From positions 1,302,001 to 1,366,000 of the forward strand of contig JAUFOQ010000013.1 of NCBI GenBank assembly GCA_040285855.1: a stretch of 64,000 nucleotides of DNA, read 5' to 3'. A program made the translations under genes and the position numbers. Every line of letters starts with the position of its first letter. The first letter of the stretch is position 1. The stretch comes from Eukaryota sp. GEM-RC1. Taxonomy: Eukaryota. Of the stretch, positions 1 to 12,127 are shown piece by piece. The notes beneath the pieces are model-generated. The model was not told the DNA's origin. It did not search any database and saw nothing but the letters and a program-made list of their open reading frames with translations.

Positions 1-333
1 GGGTTGCAGTTGAGATCGATCGATGGTAGAGAGGATACGGACATAGTTGGAAGGTCCTTGTCCACCACCAACGATAGCGTGGTGAGTATCAACTAGTTCT
101 TGGAACTGGCCAATGATGAGAGGAGTTGATTTGATTCGATCTACTTCTTGTTGAGCACGGATGAGTTCTCTACGTAGATTTCGTTCATCTTCTATTATGT
201 AGGCTTCTTGAATACGGAGAAGTTCAAGTTCATGTTCAAGTTCTTTGATTTTGAGATAAGGATTGGTTTTTGAAGTAGAGCTAGTATGAGCAGGTTGTTC
301 GAAAGTAGAAGGAGAGATTCCAAGTTCTTGCAT
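1..333 (-). CDS. RPT3: 26S proteasome AAA ATPase subunit Rpt3 (regulatory subunit 6B), 5' part; runs off the window start
   Basis: Manual translation from the ATG at 333 gives MQELGISPSTFEQ...KIKELEHELELLRIQEAYIIEDERNLRRELIRAQQEVDRIKSTPLIIGQFQELVDTHHAIVG...NYVRILSTIDR. This matches the Rpt3/PSMC4 coiled-coil and OB region. Confidence 0.9.
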   Translation of the reverse strand, partial: MQELGISPSTFEQPAHTSSTSKTNPYLKIKELEHELELLRIQEAYIIEDERNLRRELIRAQQEVDRIKSTPLIIGQFQELVDTHHAIVGGGQGPSNYVRILSTIDRSQLQP

Positions 334-418
334 TGGGGATGGAAGTTTAGAAATCTTCTTCAGTCACTCACGAGGACGACTTTCTCTATTATTCGGGTTT
401 TGTTCCACGGTTGCTGTG

Positions 419-1471
419 ATGCCTGTTACATTACAGTTGAAATCTCTTAACGATCTGGCTCGTTTAGCTGCAAGTTACAAACCTTCTCCACAACCTGAAT
501 CAAATCTTTCCAAGTCAGTTATACCCAGAGTTCTTGCAAGCACATCTCCAACACGAACTACATCAGTTTCCCCCTCAAGAAGAAGACCCAAAATACGGCC
601 ACGAATTCCTCCTCCCTTATACGATCATACAGACCTCTCTGGAAAGTCAGTTACTCCTTCTCCCCCATCTAGTCCTTCTCAATCCCCTTTTGAATCTCAA
701 CTCTCTGCCAAGAGAGGAAGAACCATCTCCATTGACACACGTTTACCTATCCCTTCAAATCCTCCTTCAAATTCGATGCCAGCTTCTCTAACCCCTGCTG
801 TTCGATCCATATCAACTTGTTCTGCATTCTCAGCGGTATCTAGTTTAAACAACACCAGCTGTATTTCAGCTGATCGTGAAGCGAAAGAAACTCAAGCGAA
901 TCTCATTCCAGAAACCAAGATCGAATTCCTCTATGAAATACTATCCCCATCTTCTAAACATCTTCTCACAGCCACTCAACGTGCCCTCTCTCAAATCCCA
1001 GCTTCCCCTGATGAGCAAAACCTTGATCTTTGCTCTCGTCTCTGGGCTGAGCTGTCTACCTCTAATCTTGGAGTCTCTTCTAATTCTCTACTGACTCTGA
1101 GGAAGCATCCAGATAGAATAACTGCGGAGACTCAGACAGAATACGAAGAGCTTTGTGTTGGATGTAAGGAGTTTAATCAGATATTAAAGGAGAAGGAAAG
1201 TCAGTACGCTGAGATCCTGGAAGACTATCTTTCTATTAAACAGCAACTACACGATCTACAAGGAAAAGATCATCGGTATAAACGTTTCCTGACTCTCTTT
1301 GACTCGCCTGTTTCTCATGAAGGTCTTGGTGTAGAAACTTACAAGTCTCCTAAAGAACCGTACCCAAGGAAACCTCAACTTTTGGATGAACGGAGACCTA
1401 AACCTTCATTGACTTTGGAAGCGTTAGAGCAACTTGAAGAAGAATTTGTATCGGGATTGTTCGACTCGTAG
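419..1471 (+). CDS. Hypothetical protein with a Ser/Pro-rich N-terminus and a C-terminal coiled coil
   Basis: ORF of about 350 aa, divergent from RPT3 with an ~85 bp spacer. No recognisable domain. Confidence 0.7.
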   Translation: MPVTLQLKSLNDLARLAASYKPSPQPESNLSKSVIPRVLASTSPTRTTSVSPSRRRPKIRPRIPPPLYDHTDLSGKSVTPSPPSSPSQSPFESQLSAKRGRTISIDTRLPIPSNPPSNSMPASLTPAVRSISTCSAFSAVSSLNNTSCISADREAKETQANLIPETKIEFLYEILSPSSKHLLTATQRALSQIPASPDEQNLDLCSRLWAELSTSNLGVSSNSLLTLRKHPDRITAETQTEYEELCVGCKEFNQILKEKESQYAEILEDYLSIKQQLHDLQGKDHRYKRFLTLFDSPVSHEGLGVETYKSPKEPYPRKPQLLDERRPKPSLTLEALEQLEEEFVSGLFDS

Positions 1472-1590
1472 TGATTGTGATGACGTGATGGTGATTATTT
1501 TTTTTGTATTGTGGTCGTTGTGTATATTTTGTATTTTATAATAATACTGCTTGAAAAAACGTATTCAGAATTAAAGTTTTCCAAAATGTA

Positions 1591-3083
1591 TCAAGATGTT
1601 CTACTTATCACAAAAACAATAATCAATATAATAAATCTAAACAAACATCGAAAAGGAGAGCAAAAATGTAATGGTTTTAAAGCATTTGGTGGAGTCGGCA
1701 CTGACTTAAACTGAGTAAAGGAGAGAGTTCCCTCAGAACTGTAGAACCCGATTGCGCCTAAATTGCCCATGTTTCCAACATAATTAGGTGCACTAAAGAT
1801 AGTAGCAAGTTGGTTCTCATGGCATAAGTCGTATCCTTCATGTCTAACCTCATGTCCTCTCAGTATGACTTGTAGTCCATTGGATTGTAAGAACCTTGCA
1901 GTAATATCAGGTCCAAAGCTTTCCCCAGAGCCTCTCTTTGAAGGAGTAGCTCCGAAAGCATCACTGGGATCAGACCAAAGTAAAGCGGCCATTAGATCAC
2001 GTGGTTGGGGTTCAGTGGCGGGCTCTCTGAATCTATCGAGGGCGTTAATGTCTTGAATGGAGATATTCCATGAAGGCAATCCACCGTGGACACAAAAGGC
2101 TTTCCTATTGATAACACAACATAAAGGAAGCGCTGAGAAGACTCGGACAAAATCTTTGTAGATTGAATCCGTGAGTTTGGAAGAGACTTCCTTTTACAAC
2201 CGTAGATGGCCGTGAGGTTGGTGGTCTCGTGATTGCCTCTGAGTAGAACAACTCGATTGGGACAGGCAAGTTTCAATAGAAGCACTGCAATCATGATCTC
2301 TACTGAATAGGATCCCCTATCAACGTAATCACCAAGGAAAACAAGATACTGATTGCTTGATGGTTTGAAGTTGGTCAAAATATAAAGAGCATCAAATAAC
2401 TGACCATGGAGATCTCCAATAATTACAGCCTTAGAATCTCTGGGTAAAACTAGGTCAACCACGTTTCTCTCTTTGGACAATAGGCTACACCCAGCATCAA
2501 GAATGTCTTTAACAACTCTTGGGTGGGGGAACTGTGAGGGAAGTTTGTCAATTTCCTTCATGACGTTCTCAAGTGTAAGGGAAGAGGGCATGCGGATTCC
2601 AGAGTAGTCTGAAGGGATAGGGGGAAGGTCTGTTTGGACTTGTTCTTCCACAGAGAGGGCGGCCAGAAGCTTTTCCTTTTGGGCAGTGGCTGCAGCGGCT
2701 TTAGCTTGACGGTATTGTTCTCTGACTTTGTTGCAGGAAGGTCGGAGTTGGGTAAGGGCTTTGAAAGAGCTGACTGCAGGATTGAACTTCTGCAGACCAA
2801 AGTAGGCCTGCCCAAGACGGTAGTAGGCCTTTTGGAGGAGAGGGACGGAGGGTTTGAGTTCTATACAAGAGAGGGCGTCCTGTTTAGCTGCGTCGAAATT
2901 TTCAAGTTGGAGATGAGCGGCAGCGCGGTTTGAGAAGCATATACTGCGGAGTTCCATGTCGTCAAACTCTTCGTCTAAAACATGGGAGTACATTTCGATA
3001 GCTTCATTGAAGAGCTTGTCAGTGAAGAATTCGTTTCCCTTTGTCTTGATTTCAGAAAGAGGAACATCCTGAGCAATTGTCAT
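1591..3083 (-). CDS. PPP5C: Ser/Thr protein phosphatase 5-like (N-terminal TPRs plus PPP catalytic domain); one frameshift in an A-run near 2192
   Basis: Three TPRs (KTKGNEFF...SNRAAAHLQL...KAYYRLGQA) and PPP motifs GDLHGQ, GDYVDRG and LRGNHE. A second frame then gives HGGL, LLWSDP, RGHE and IFSAPNY. Confidence 0.9.
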
Positions 3084-3226
3084 GGGAAAAGCGGAAGAAA
3101 CGAAGTGAAATTTTCGAATTTTCGAATTCTTTTGAGCTTTCCCAAGCAGTAATTGAATAGTCAGTTAATCAACAGAATTGGAATTCATACATCTTTTTGT
3201 ATCTAGAATCGCTGGGTACTTTATGG

Positions 3227-3296
3227 CAGTTAACGCTAACGTGGTACAAAATTGAATCTGACACGTGTTAAGAAGCGTTACGTGTTTGCGTTGACA
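3227..3296. repeat. Degenerate copy of a ~70 bp mini-MITE (related to 38536-38606)
   Basis: cagttaacgctaac...acaaaattgaatctgacacgt...gttacgtgtttgcgttgac aligns with cagtgaacgctaacacgttacaaaatagaatctaacacgt...gttacgtgttatcgttcactg. Confidence 0.6.
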
Positions 3297-4412
3297 AATT
3301 TATCCTGGTTCTGGTTCAACTATAAATAGCTCATTTCTTCTACACATTCATCCCATCGATACTTTGCATCCGTCTAGGGGACTTCTAGGGGACTACTAAA
3401 ACTGCGTATTTCATTCTTTTAGCAACAAAATACATTTTCACATCATTCAGACCAACAATGATAACCAATATTTGCGTGTTAGAAATCAGTGAACCTTACT
3501 TCTAAAAGAAATAAAACGGTTACAATTTAATAAATTTGTAGGTGTTACAGATTGCCCACATTATCATTTCAGATTATATGGAAGGTTATCAGTCCAAATA
3601 TATGACCGTAAATAGTTGTGCGTAGAAAAATGTTTTTATGACGCGCGTTCTTGTGTGGAAGGTCAAATAAATGATCGTAAACGCATGTTCAATGACAAAG
3701 AGTTCTAGAAAGACCGTAAACTTGAGAATTTTGAGTAATCAGACTTGAAGATCTACTGAAAACATACATCAAAATTTTTGGAACTACCGGTATTTTTCCT
3801 GGGCAGTGCCTAATCGCCCAATCCAAGATTTGAAAAAATACTTTGTAGGTATTTCTGGGTAACATTGAGACCAATCGTCAAAAGCTACTACGTAGGAATT
3901 TGTTCAATGTTTTGTGTAAGCTAAATAAATATTTGCATGAAATATAACAGAAGGAGAAACAAATCGAGTAACAGAACTGGAAAGTGATCGAAAAGTTCTT
4001 GACTAACCTTACTGTAAGTTGATCATTAACAGAGATATATAGAACTGAATGTTGTACATTGCTAGTCTCGAACGCTAAGACTGACAACAAAAATTGTTAA
4101 ATTATAGTAACATCCAGAATGTCGACTTTCTCTTCAAAAACATAGACGTTACAAAGAATGAGAGGAAATTAAAAGAAAATGTGTATTAAAACATCCGATT
4201 CAAACTAAAAAAGAATGAAAAATCCTGATTCCTTGTACAACAGAAAACACCAAAAAATACATTAAACGATACAAGTAGAAACGATATAAATAAATAAAAT
4301 ACAGAGATCAATCATAAAAAAAGAATAAATCACAAAAACAAGCTCATTAAAAAAGTTTTTTAAATAAGTGATGGATTTCCCCAAGAAGTCTCAGGAAGTC
4401 TTTGTCAAAAAA

Positions 4413-6428
4413 TCACAGATAATCAGCCAACCTTTCAAATATAAAGTCTTGAATTTTAGCCAACACTCGTCGTCCTTCAGAGTGATCTAGAGTGGTCACG
4501 TATGACAAACAATCATCAATCACCGCCTCAGACCTCCGATGAGACAGCTTCGACTTAACAAAAGAGTTGTCTAATCGCTGATCAAAAGTGCTATTGGATT
4601 GCTTTGTTTTTGGAGAAGTTGGCCCTATTCGATCTTCAGAACTTCTTTTCTTAGGTACAGACGCAGACCTTCTCGGTTTAGCTGACTGTGATCCAACTCT
4701 ATGATTGACTACCATTGCGATCTTCTTGGCAACTTCCGTTTCCGCCCCTTCTGATTCTGCGTGCAACAACTCCATCCCCAACGTCTTTAACCTACTCTTA
4801 GTACTTACACTCTCTTTCATTGCCTTGTTCAATTGGTCAGAGAGCTGACTCTTGACTTCAACTAACTGTTTACAAGTCCCGTCTAGCTTAGCTTTAGTCT
4901 CACAGTGGTTCTTCTTTTCATTAACCAAGTTCTTTCTACATTCTTTTAACTGAGACTTTAGGAGAAAACCTTGGTTTTTAGCTTCTTTGACACGTAGTGA
5001 TTTGAGCTCTTGAAGAAGAACAGATCTTTCTGATTTTAAATCATCGATTATTTGAGCTAATTGGTCGGGTTTACTTGATTTTTTGGGTTTGTTACCCCCT
5101 AGAAACTTGTCAAGTCTACCATTCACGTCACTAAGAACTCTTTCGTAGTAATCAACGACATCCTCGAGTTGATTTTGTCTGATGATTATACGGAAACGTT
5201 CTTCCAAGTCAAGATTCCTCCTCTTAGCGTCTTCTAAAGCAGTGGAAAGAGTTAAGAAGGTTTCCTCGGAAGTCGTTTGAAGCTCATTAATCATGGACTC
5301 TTGATTAGAGATCAGATTGACTGCTTTTTCTAATCGGGCAAGTAGTACTTCCTCAGAAGCAGGCTCACAGAATCTCGACAACGGCACATCAATCAACTCG
5401 TCCTCAATTAAATATGATTGATCATCATCAACAACATCATCAACCTGAGGACTCTCACAGAATGAAATCGTGCAATTCTTGTCATCGTCAATCGAAACAC
5501 TCATGCTAGCAACTGATCCAGTCATATTTGATTGCATTGTTGACGTCATGGGAGACGGTGATCCCAACTCTGACTTTGGAACAACAATAGAAGACACCCT
5601 ACTAGCGACTGAAGAAGTCTTTAGTAAGTGCAACGCATCACTAAAGTCATTCCCAGCCGTAGGAATAAAGAAAGAGAAATAAAGCTTCGACCTAGAAAGA
5701 TAAGACGCTATAGTAGAAAACAATTGATTTTTAGATCCCCCACTAATCCAATCCCCAGAAACACTTGAGTGAAGTAAGCGATTGAACTCTAGTTGATCGT
5801 GGGCTATCCATGAGGAAGTGGAAGGAGTGGAGGAGAGAGAACGAAGGGATTCTGGGGAGACCAGGACAATGAAGAGGATTTGAGTGGATGAGTTCTTTAA
5901 GTGACAGTAGACGTGTTTGTCTGTGTGTTGAGAGAGAGATTCGTGTAGGGAGGGGGAGAGTTCTTCAAGTGGGAGCCAGGGAGAAGGTCCAGGAGATCCA
6001 TCGAGGGAGTAGAAGAGACCGTCAATGACAGTGGAGATGGAAGCGAAGAAGGATTGGTTGTGGAAGGGAGATAGAAGAGAGGAGAAGAAGTCCTGGTGGA
6101 AGAGATATGTATGTGATGGGCCAATGAAGAAGAAGATTGATGAAGGATATTCAAGTGATTCAGCTAGAGAAGGCTGAATTGTGGATATAAACTCATCGGG
6201 GAAACATATGTGAGTGAAATTGAAGATTCGAGGATCTGAAGAGGAAAGAGGGTCATAGAGTGCGATAGAGGAATCTGATATAGGTTTACAAATAGCAGAA
6301 GACTGTTGATCGTTGGGAATAATGACACCAACAACAGATGGTCGACATTGAGCAGTTTCGTCCCCAAATTCCTCACGTAGATGTGTTAAGATGTCCGTAA
6401 GTTCAGCAGGAGGACGACTTGTAGACAT
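4413..6428 (-). CDS. Divergent kinesin-like protein (degenerate motor-like N-terminus plus long coiled coil)
   Basis: Motif order resembles a kinesin motor: RIFNFTHIC (F.FD.vf), IFFFIGPS (P-loop position), FIVLVSPES (DLAGSE position), YLSRSKLYFSFFIP...DALHLLK (C-terminal motor motif). A coiled coil follows. Confidence 0.55.
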   Translation of the reverse strand: MSTSRPPAELTDILTHLREEFGDETAQCRPSVVGVIIPNDQQSSAICKPISDSSIALYDPLSSSDPRIFNFTHICFPDEFISTIQPSLAESLEYPSSIFFFIGPSHTYLFHQDFFSSLLSPFHNQSFFASISTVIDGLFYSLDGSPGPSPWLPLEELSPSLHESLSQHTDKHVYCHLKNSSTQILFIVLVSPESLRSLSSTPSTSSWIAHDQLEFNRLLHSSVSGDWISGGSKNQLFSTIASYLSRSKLYFSFFIPTAGNDFSDALHLLKTSSVASRVSSIVVPKSELGSPSPMTSTMQSNMTGSVASMSVSIDDDKNCTISFCESPQVDDVVDDDQSYLIEDELIDVPLSRFCEPASEEVLLARLEKAVNLISNQESMINELQTTSEETFLTLSTALEDAKRRNLDLEERFRIIIRQNQLEDVVDYYERVLSDVNGRLDKFLGGNKPKKSSKPDQLAQIIDDLKSERSVLLQELKSLRVKEAKNQGFLLKSQLKECRKNLVNEKKNHCETKAKLDGTCKQLVEVKSQLSDQLNKAMKESVSTKSRLKTLGMELLHAESEGAETEVAKKIAMVVNHRVGSQSAKPRRSASVPKKRSSEDRIGPTSPKTKQSNSTFDQRLDNSFVKSKLSHRRSEAVIDDCLSYVTTLDHSEGRRVLAKIQDFIFERLADYL

Positions 6429-6511
6429 TTGTCTCCTCGCCTAGTTGTGCTATTTGTGGAAAAATCAATTTTCAACTGACACACAACCTTCTTATATTAA
6501 GCTATTAGCTG

Positions 6512-7045
6512 ATGCCCCGAGAGATTCTGAAACAAACAGAACTTCTGGAGTGTCTTAACAACGACCTCATTAAAACATTCTTCGGTCAAGAACTTAATTT
6601 CTTGTCATACAGAACTCTTTCATCTGATGAGTTGTATGATGTTTCTTCATCTCCACCTGATTTCTCTCCGCTTAAAAGGTCTGTTTTGGACTTCGGAACA
6701 ACCTTAGTGGAGGTTCTCAATGCCATTGACATTGTCATGAACCAAATCTCCTTAATCATTAACGATTTTGTTTCACAGACGTTTTTCAAATCATTTATTC
6801 TTAATATAGTGAAATGTACAACAAAATGGCCTTCAGCTGGAGCGGTCAATGCAATGATCTTCATTCTCTACCTAGTTGCAAATGCTCCGGATACGTTATC
6901 AGATCACATACTGGAAGTAGCATCCACAATGATCAAAAGGAAACACGGAATTCTATCTAATGCACTTTCCTCTCTTAAGCAATATAACATCTCTAGAGTA
7001 GTTCGATCTCTGCAAGAAGAAGAAAACAAAGCTGTAGAAACATGA
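6512..7045 (+). CDS. Hypothetical helical protein
   Basis: 177-aa ATG-initiated ORF, head-to-head with the kinesin-like gene. Confidence 0.65.
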   Translation: MPREILKQTELLECLNNDLIKTFFGQELNFLSYRTLSSDELYDVSSSPPDFSPLKRSVLDFGTTLVEVLNAIDIVMNQISLIINDFVSQTFFKSFILNIVKCTTKWPSAGAVNAMIFILYLVANAPDTLSDHILEVASTMIKRKHGILSNALSSLKQYNISRVVRSLQEEENKAVET

Positions 7046-7067
7046 TGACGTGACTGTCTCTCTCGTT

Positions 7068-7853
7068 CTATGACCTAGACTCATTCTTAAGATTCATTTC
7101 CCATTTTTCAAAAGCATCCAGAATCCAAATGATTTCTTCTAGATATTGGTCAATATCAGTGATTTCCTCCTGTGCATCCACGATACTACGTATGTCTCCG
7201 TTAAAGACTTTGAAGAAGGAGAATTCCCAGTCGCGAAACTTACAAAGGATGGATAAGTTATATATGATGTACTGAAAGACAAAGCAAATGCTTGGCCATG
7301 GGTGAAGTTGTCCCTGAGAGCATTTTGAAATAAGATTAGTACAACCACATAGTTTCAGTGATGACATACATAAATATCGTATCTTTAGTGTTGGTGTCAA
7401 GGGCGCTTCTGGACAGTGTGTAAAGAATAGATTCATTGAAACAGAATGCAAAAAACGAAGTCGAAGTAAGCAGGTCGCAGTAGAATATCGGGAAAGACTT
7501 GCTTGTGTTTTGACAAATCCTTCTTTTATACTCGTAACGGTTGGATAAGAAGTGAGTTTTTTAAAAGTGGATGTTAAGGTCTCTAGAAAGAGGGATTTAT
7601 CAGCCAATCGTTCATTCAGTTCGTCAAGAACAACATTTAGTTCAAGGAATTGATTTTGGCTATCAACAAGTTGAGGGCTTGTTCGTTGAAGATTGTTATG
7701 TAGAAGAGGATATTCTGTGTGAAGTTTTACTGAGTCTAGTAGTGGGGAAATATCATTACTAAGAGACTGAACCGATTCGTTTAGATCTGATATCTCAGCT
7801 TTCAAGCAGCGAACACGGATTTGTTGTTGGAGAAAGTGACGGAATTCAGCCAT
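7068..7853 (-). CDS. Hypothetical protein with an N-terminal coiled coil
   Basis: 261-aa ORF tightly packed between its neighbours. No confident domain. Confidence 0.7.
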   Translation of the reverse strand: MAEFRHFLQQQIRVRCLKAEISDLNESVQSLSNDISPLLDSVKLHTEYPLLHNNLQRTSPQLVDSQNQFLELNVVLDELNERLADKSLFLETLTSTFKKLTSYPTVTSIKEGFVKTQASLSRYSTATCLLRLRFLHSVSMNLFFTHCPEAPLTPTLKIRYLCMSSLKLCGCTNLISKCSQGQLHPWPSICFVFQYIIYNLSILCKFRDWEFSFFKVFNGDIRSIVDAQEEITDIDQYLEEIIWILDAFEKWEMNLKNESRS

Positions 7854-7952
7854 TTAAGGCAGAAGAGGATTAGAATCGAAATTCAAAGAAAAGCTCCTAC
7901 TAGTCAAACTCACGAAGTTAAGATTTTATTTAACAAGTTTTTGAGATAAACA

Positions 7953-8863
7953 TTACAATATAACAACTATGACACTAATATTATCAGTTGAACCGCCCCT
8001 CAAAGCTTCCTCGACCAATCGCTTTGCCATTCTCTCCGCAGGAGTTTTTCCTTCAGTTTTTGGCGATTGTTCATTCAATTCAAGTTTCGCTATATCAACG
8101 GCTTCGGCATCAGTGAAGACATCCCATAATCCATCACAAGCAATAATGACAAAGGGACGTCGTACTTCGTTTAGGTCGGATTGGGTGAGTTCTATGTTTT
8201 TAGAATGTGGCACGATAGACACAAATGGTTTGAGACCATGATCTCCGAGCGCTCGACTAACAGACAGGATTCCCTGTACTCTACTGGCGATTACAAAGCC
8301 ACCGGCATCGGTGATTCTCTGGATCTCTTTACGATCTGATGCTTTATGATCATATGTGAGTCTTATGGGTTCTTGTTTGTTGGGAAGGCATAGTACAGCA
8401 CGGGCATCACCAAGATTGGATGCGTAGACGTTTTTGGTGCCGTTTGGATTGAGACTAAAGAAGCAAGAAACGGCGGCGGCGCCCTGAAACTGCATTGCTT
8501 GTTCATCAAGTTTTTCGTCGACTTCCTGATGTGTTAGACGCCAGACCTCATGCATTTGTTCTTCGCCCAAAGTTTTAAGATGGTTGGCAAAGATTTCGGG
8601 GAAGGTTTGGGCGATTTGATCTGCCGCATCGCGACCCTAATGTTAAGAGAAAAGATCGAAGAACGTACGCCATGGCCGTCAAAGATGGCATAAAGAGCTT
8701 TACTGTCTTGATTGAGAAAAGATTTCATTAAGACGTGACTGTCCTGAGGTTAACAAGGGAGAAGAAAAAAGCCAACCTCCATGGAGCATCTGAAGCGAGG
8801 ATTAGCATCTGAGGCGAAGCCAACGTCTAGTATGAGTTGATTCTTTTTATGGTTGTTGGACAT
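7953..8863 (-). CDS. PP2C (PPM) family protein phosphatase, 3 exons (introns 8744-8776 and 8637-8668)
   Basis: Splicing two GT-AG introns gives RCSME|DSHV and FDGHG|GRDAA. Downstream motifs are NLGDARAVL, DHKAS, LSVSRALGD, IIACDGLWDV and GSTDNISVIV. Confidence 0.92.
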
Positions 8864-9312
8864 AAGAATTTGAGATTTTTCTATCTTTTGTCTTTTCTAC
8901 ACATTCACTACATACTATTACCACTTCTAGAATGCATCTACCATTGTTGCTGTCATAATTAAATGAGGAAAATCAGAGTCTGGCTCATTACTCTAATGGA
9001 TTGCCTTATTACTGAGTGTTTACATTTTGGTCTGGAATTTCTATATACTATGAAAGTACCAGTAGTTATGTCCTCACGTTTTGTTAGAGTTGTCAGAACT
9101 GTTGCAATTCTTATATATCCTCTGAGTATCTGATTCTCAAAGAAGTGAGTTACACACGAAGATTTTGACCATGTTATGAGACCAATTTTGGAAATGACGA
9201 TGAATTTACAACAATTAAGATTATGATGTAGATCAGTTAGTTGAGAAATGGTGTTGGTGAATCATCAAAATTCTCAGTCTCTGCCGCCCAAACTTGCAGA
9301 AACACTTTTTGA

Positions 9313-10503
9313 ATGCCACCTCCGATCAAGCAGCCACGGGTCACTGCTGAGTCATGGTCCACAGACCTGGGTCCTCTTGAGGAGCAGACTAGAGGATTAT
9401 CACTGTCTTCGTCCAATTTTTCTGTTTACCAAAGTCCATCTACTTCTACATTACCATTTTCCCTCGATCTGCCCGATGTTGGTGAAAAGTTGACATCTTC
9501 CCGTCGATTACCACTCGCCACTATCACTCATAATAATTCTAAAGCTCAATCAAAAACCCATCAAAATTCTGTAGTACATACAGTTTGTCCTCCATCAACT
9601 CCAGTCGTTCAAGCAGCTTTGGTTCAACGTTCTCATACTCCAATTGTGACTTCAGTAGCCCCCAACAATACTTATAGTGATGTCTTTATTACTTTAACAC
9701 CTATCGAGATCACTGAAATGATACATGCTTGGTCTTATTATTCTTCACAAGAAACCGTATACACATTGCCCCCAGACTATCATAAAAACTCAATCAGTTC
9801 CAAGTATAGAGCTCGATTACTTGACTGGATGGTAGACATTCATTGTTCCCTTAACCTGGAGAGAGATTCGCTGCATAGATCTGTAACATTGATTGACCGT
9901 TTTTGTTTCTTAAAAGCTGCCAAAAATGGAGCTAAAATTCCAGACTCCAAGCTGACCCTGGTTTTCATTGCTTCACTCTTCATATGCTCCAAGTTTTCTG
10001 ATCGGAACTCCCCAATGCTAAAAGAACTAATGGAGGTTTCAGACCTAACAAAAGAACAGATTCTACACATGGAATTCCTCATCCTTGATTGCCTTCAGTG
10101 GGATCTATCTCATCCCACAGTCGAAACCTTTACTAAAATACTTCTGTATGTCATTAGGGTCCCTGACAAGGTTCGGTATCTATGCCACTATCTTCTTGAG
10201 TTGTTCATGCTTTCTAATGCGTATTGTGCTTTTCCCGCGTCCACGCTCAGTTTAGCAATGATCTCCATTGCTTGTAGGCTCAGTAACGTTCCCTTTAGTC
10301 TTGGTTCTCTGACTAATTTCCCTATCACATTGCCTCTGAAAAAGGTTTATGATGAAACTGTCGCTGTGGTTCTTTCCAATTTAGTCAAAGTAGAACGTGT
10401 TTCTAAGCTCATTAAGTTAAGCGCCTCCTTTCGTAAGTATGACTCTGGAGATAAATATTGGGTCTCCTCAATGACTGTGGCTGGTCTTGTATGTCATTCT
10501 TGA
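9313..10503 (+). CDS. Cyclin (A/B-type cyclin box)
   Basis: YRARLLDWMVDIH...LHRSVTLIDRF...LVFIASLFICSKF...ILHMEFLILDCLQWDLSHPT. A possible D-box (RLPLATITHN) lies upstream. Confidence 0.9.
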   Translation: MPPPIKQPRVTAESWSTDLGPLEEQTRGLSLSSSNFSVYQSPSTSTLPFSLDLPDVGEKLTSSRRLPLATITHNNSKAQSKTHQNSVVHTVCPPSTPVVQAALVQRSHTPIVTSVAPNNTYSDVFITLTPIEITEMIHAWSYYSSQETVYTLPPDYHKNSISSKYRARLLDWMVDIHCSLNLERDSLHRSVTLIDRFCFLKAAKNGAKIPDSKLTLVFIASLFICSKFSDRNSPMLKELMEVSDLTKEQILHMEFLILDCLQWDLSHPTVETFTKILLYVIRVPDKVRYLCHYLLELFMLSNAYCAFPASTLSLAMISIACRLSNVPFSLGSLTNFPITLPLKKVYDETVAVVLSNLVKVERVSKLIKLSASFRKYDSGDKYWVSSMTVAGLVCHS

Positions 10504-10961
10504 TTATGTTCTTAATTATGTTTGACTGGTTGGAAGGCTTGGACCCTTCTAACTCAGACTCGTTTTTTATTGTATGTGTTAAATAAACATTTTGTATTTT
10601 GTTTACTTGTCTCTCTTCAATTTTATTGAGAAATAAGTGATGTTGGAGCAATCACAACTGCATACTGTTTTGTGCATTCGCTTTTTCTTGTATTTGCACT
10701 TCCTGCTTCACATCACGTCTGTACTACACATGTGTAGCACACAGGGATTAGTTACAGTTTGTGGATCAGAATTTGCGACACAATATATGGAATTAATTTT
10801 TAAATTTGTTAGTCATTGCAAAAACGAGGGTGCCTTTTGGAAAAATATATCAGTACGACTAGTTTTATGGTGTGTCATGCCCACTCAAAAGATAATTTAA
10901 CATAATTTGAATAACAAAACAAAACAAAACCAAAAAGGAACGTGAAATATGTATAAATAAA

Positions 10962-11297
10962 TAATTTTTCTCTTTTTGGATCTATTAGTCCTGCTGGTGA
11001 TCAATTTTTCAAGGATTTCGAAGAATTGTGTAAAGAAAAGAAGCGTAAGTTTAGAATGGCTGAATGGAAAAACCGTATAGTGTTTTCCATATATCGGAAT
11101 ATGCCTTTCTATTTCTCTAGATTAATTGAGAAATTGTACAAGTTTGGTGTGAAGGTTAATGTTGATAAACGTAATTTTTTACCGGGTGGTGATGAAGTCG
11201 TTTGGATTTAATCTTAGTATTGTTTGTTTGGTTTTACAATTTCATAGTTTGTAGGAAGGTTACCTTATTGGGTGCCGAATAAACAATTTCTTCTTTC
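10962..11297 (+). mobile_element. 5'-truncated RLE-type non-LTR retrotransposon 3' end with a 12-bp TSD
   Basis: Encodes the C-terminal motif WKNRIVFSIYRNMP, shared with other copies. Flanked by perfect tgtataaataaa at 10950-10961 and 11298-11309. Confidence 0.75.
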
Positions 11298-12127
11298 TGT
11301 ATAAATAAAACACATTAAAACTCAAATAAAACAATATATATTAATTTATGCCAAAGTTCAATCGCGGTAAGGGAAAACCCAATTGATTGGACAGTTTTTA
11401 GCTCATCTTATCTGACATTTTTCACTTTATCATTGCTCCAAAAATGTCATTCTTGCGATACCTATGAGGATTATACAGCGTTTTCAATGCTAAAAGATAT
11501 CTTTCGTTCACTGCTGAACAACACGTGGGTTGGATGAGACAACAGCTTCATCAACATCTACTGATTCGTTTCAGAAAATTTTGACAGTTTCTCTGAAAAT
11601 GCGATCAGTCAAAAATCTTAAATTTTAAGATTACATCAAATAATCCCAATTTTGTCAAAACCCATTGTGGTTAACATATTGAGTTTATAATGTAGAATTT
11701 GTTTCGTTATTATTGGACCATTTTTTAGTTAGTTACTTTTATTCCAAACTTTTATTGATAACAACACTACAGTGTAAATTGTTGGACAATGGTGTAACAA
11801 ATTCTAGACACATCATATCTGAATGTATTGGAATGGACATTCCCTTGGAAAAATCATGTGTTTCAGTTTAACGAATGTGATTTAGAATTGCGTCAACGCT
11901 GTGTAATGACATAGGAATAGCAGAGTCGTCTCAAAATCAAAATAGTCCAATTAGCAAGTATATCAAATACACAATGGCGCTTAAAAAATCCAAGCTTTCA
12001 AATCGTGCTTTGAGTTTCTTGGACATTGTGTCAACTGTTGTCCTCCATTGTACTGAGTGACAGACAGTTACTGATTATTTTGAGTTTTACAATACAATTC
12101 AAAATTTAAACTTTTTATTTTCAGACA

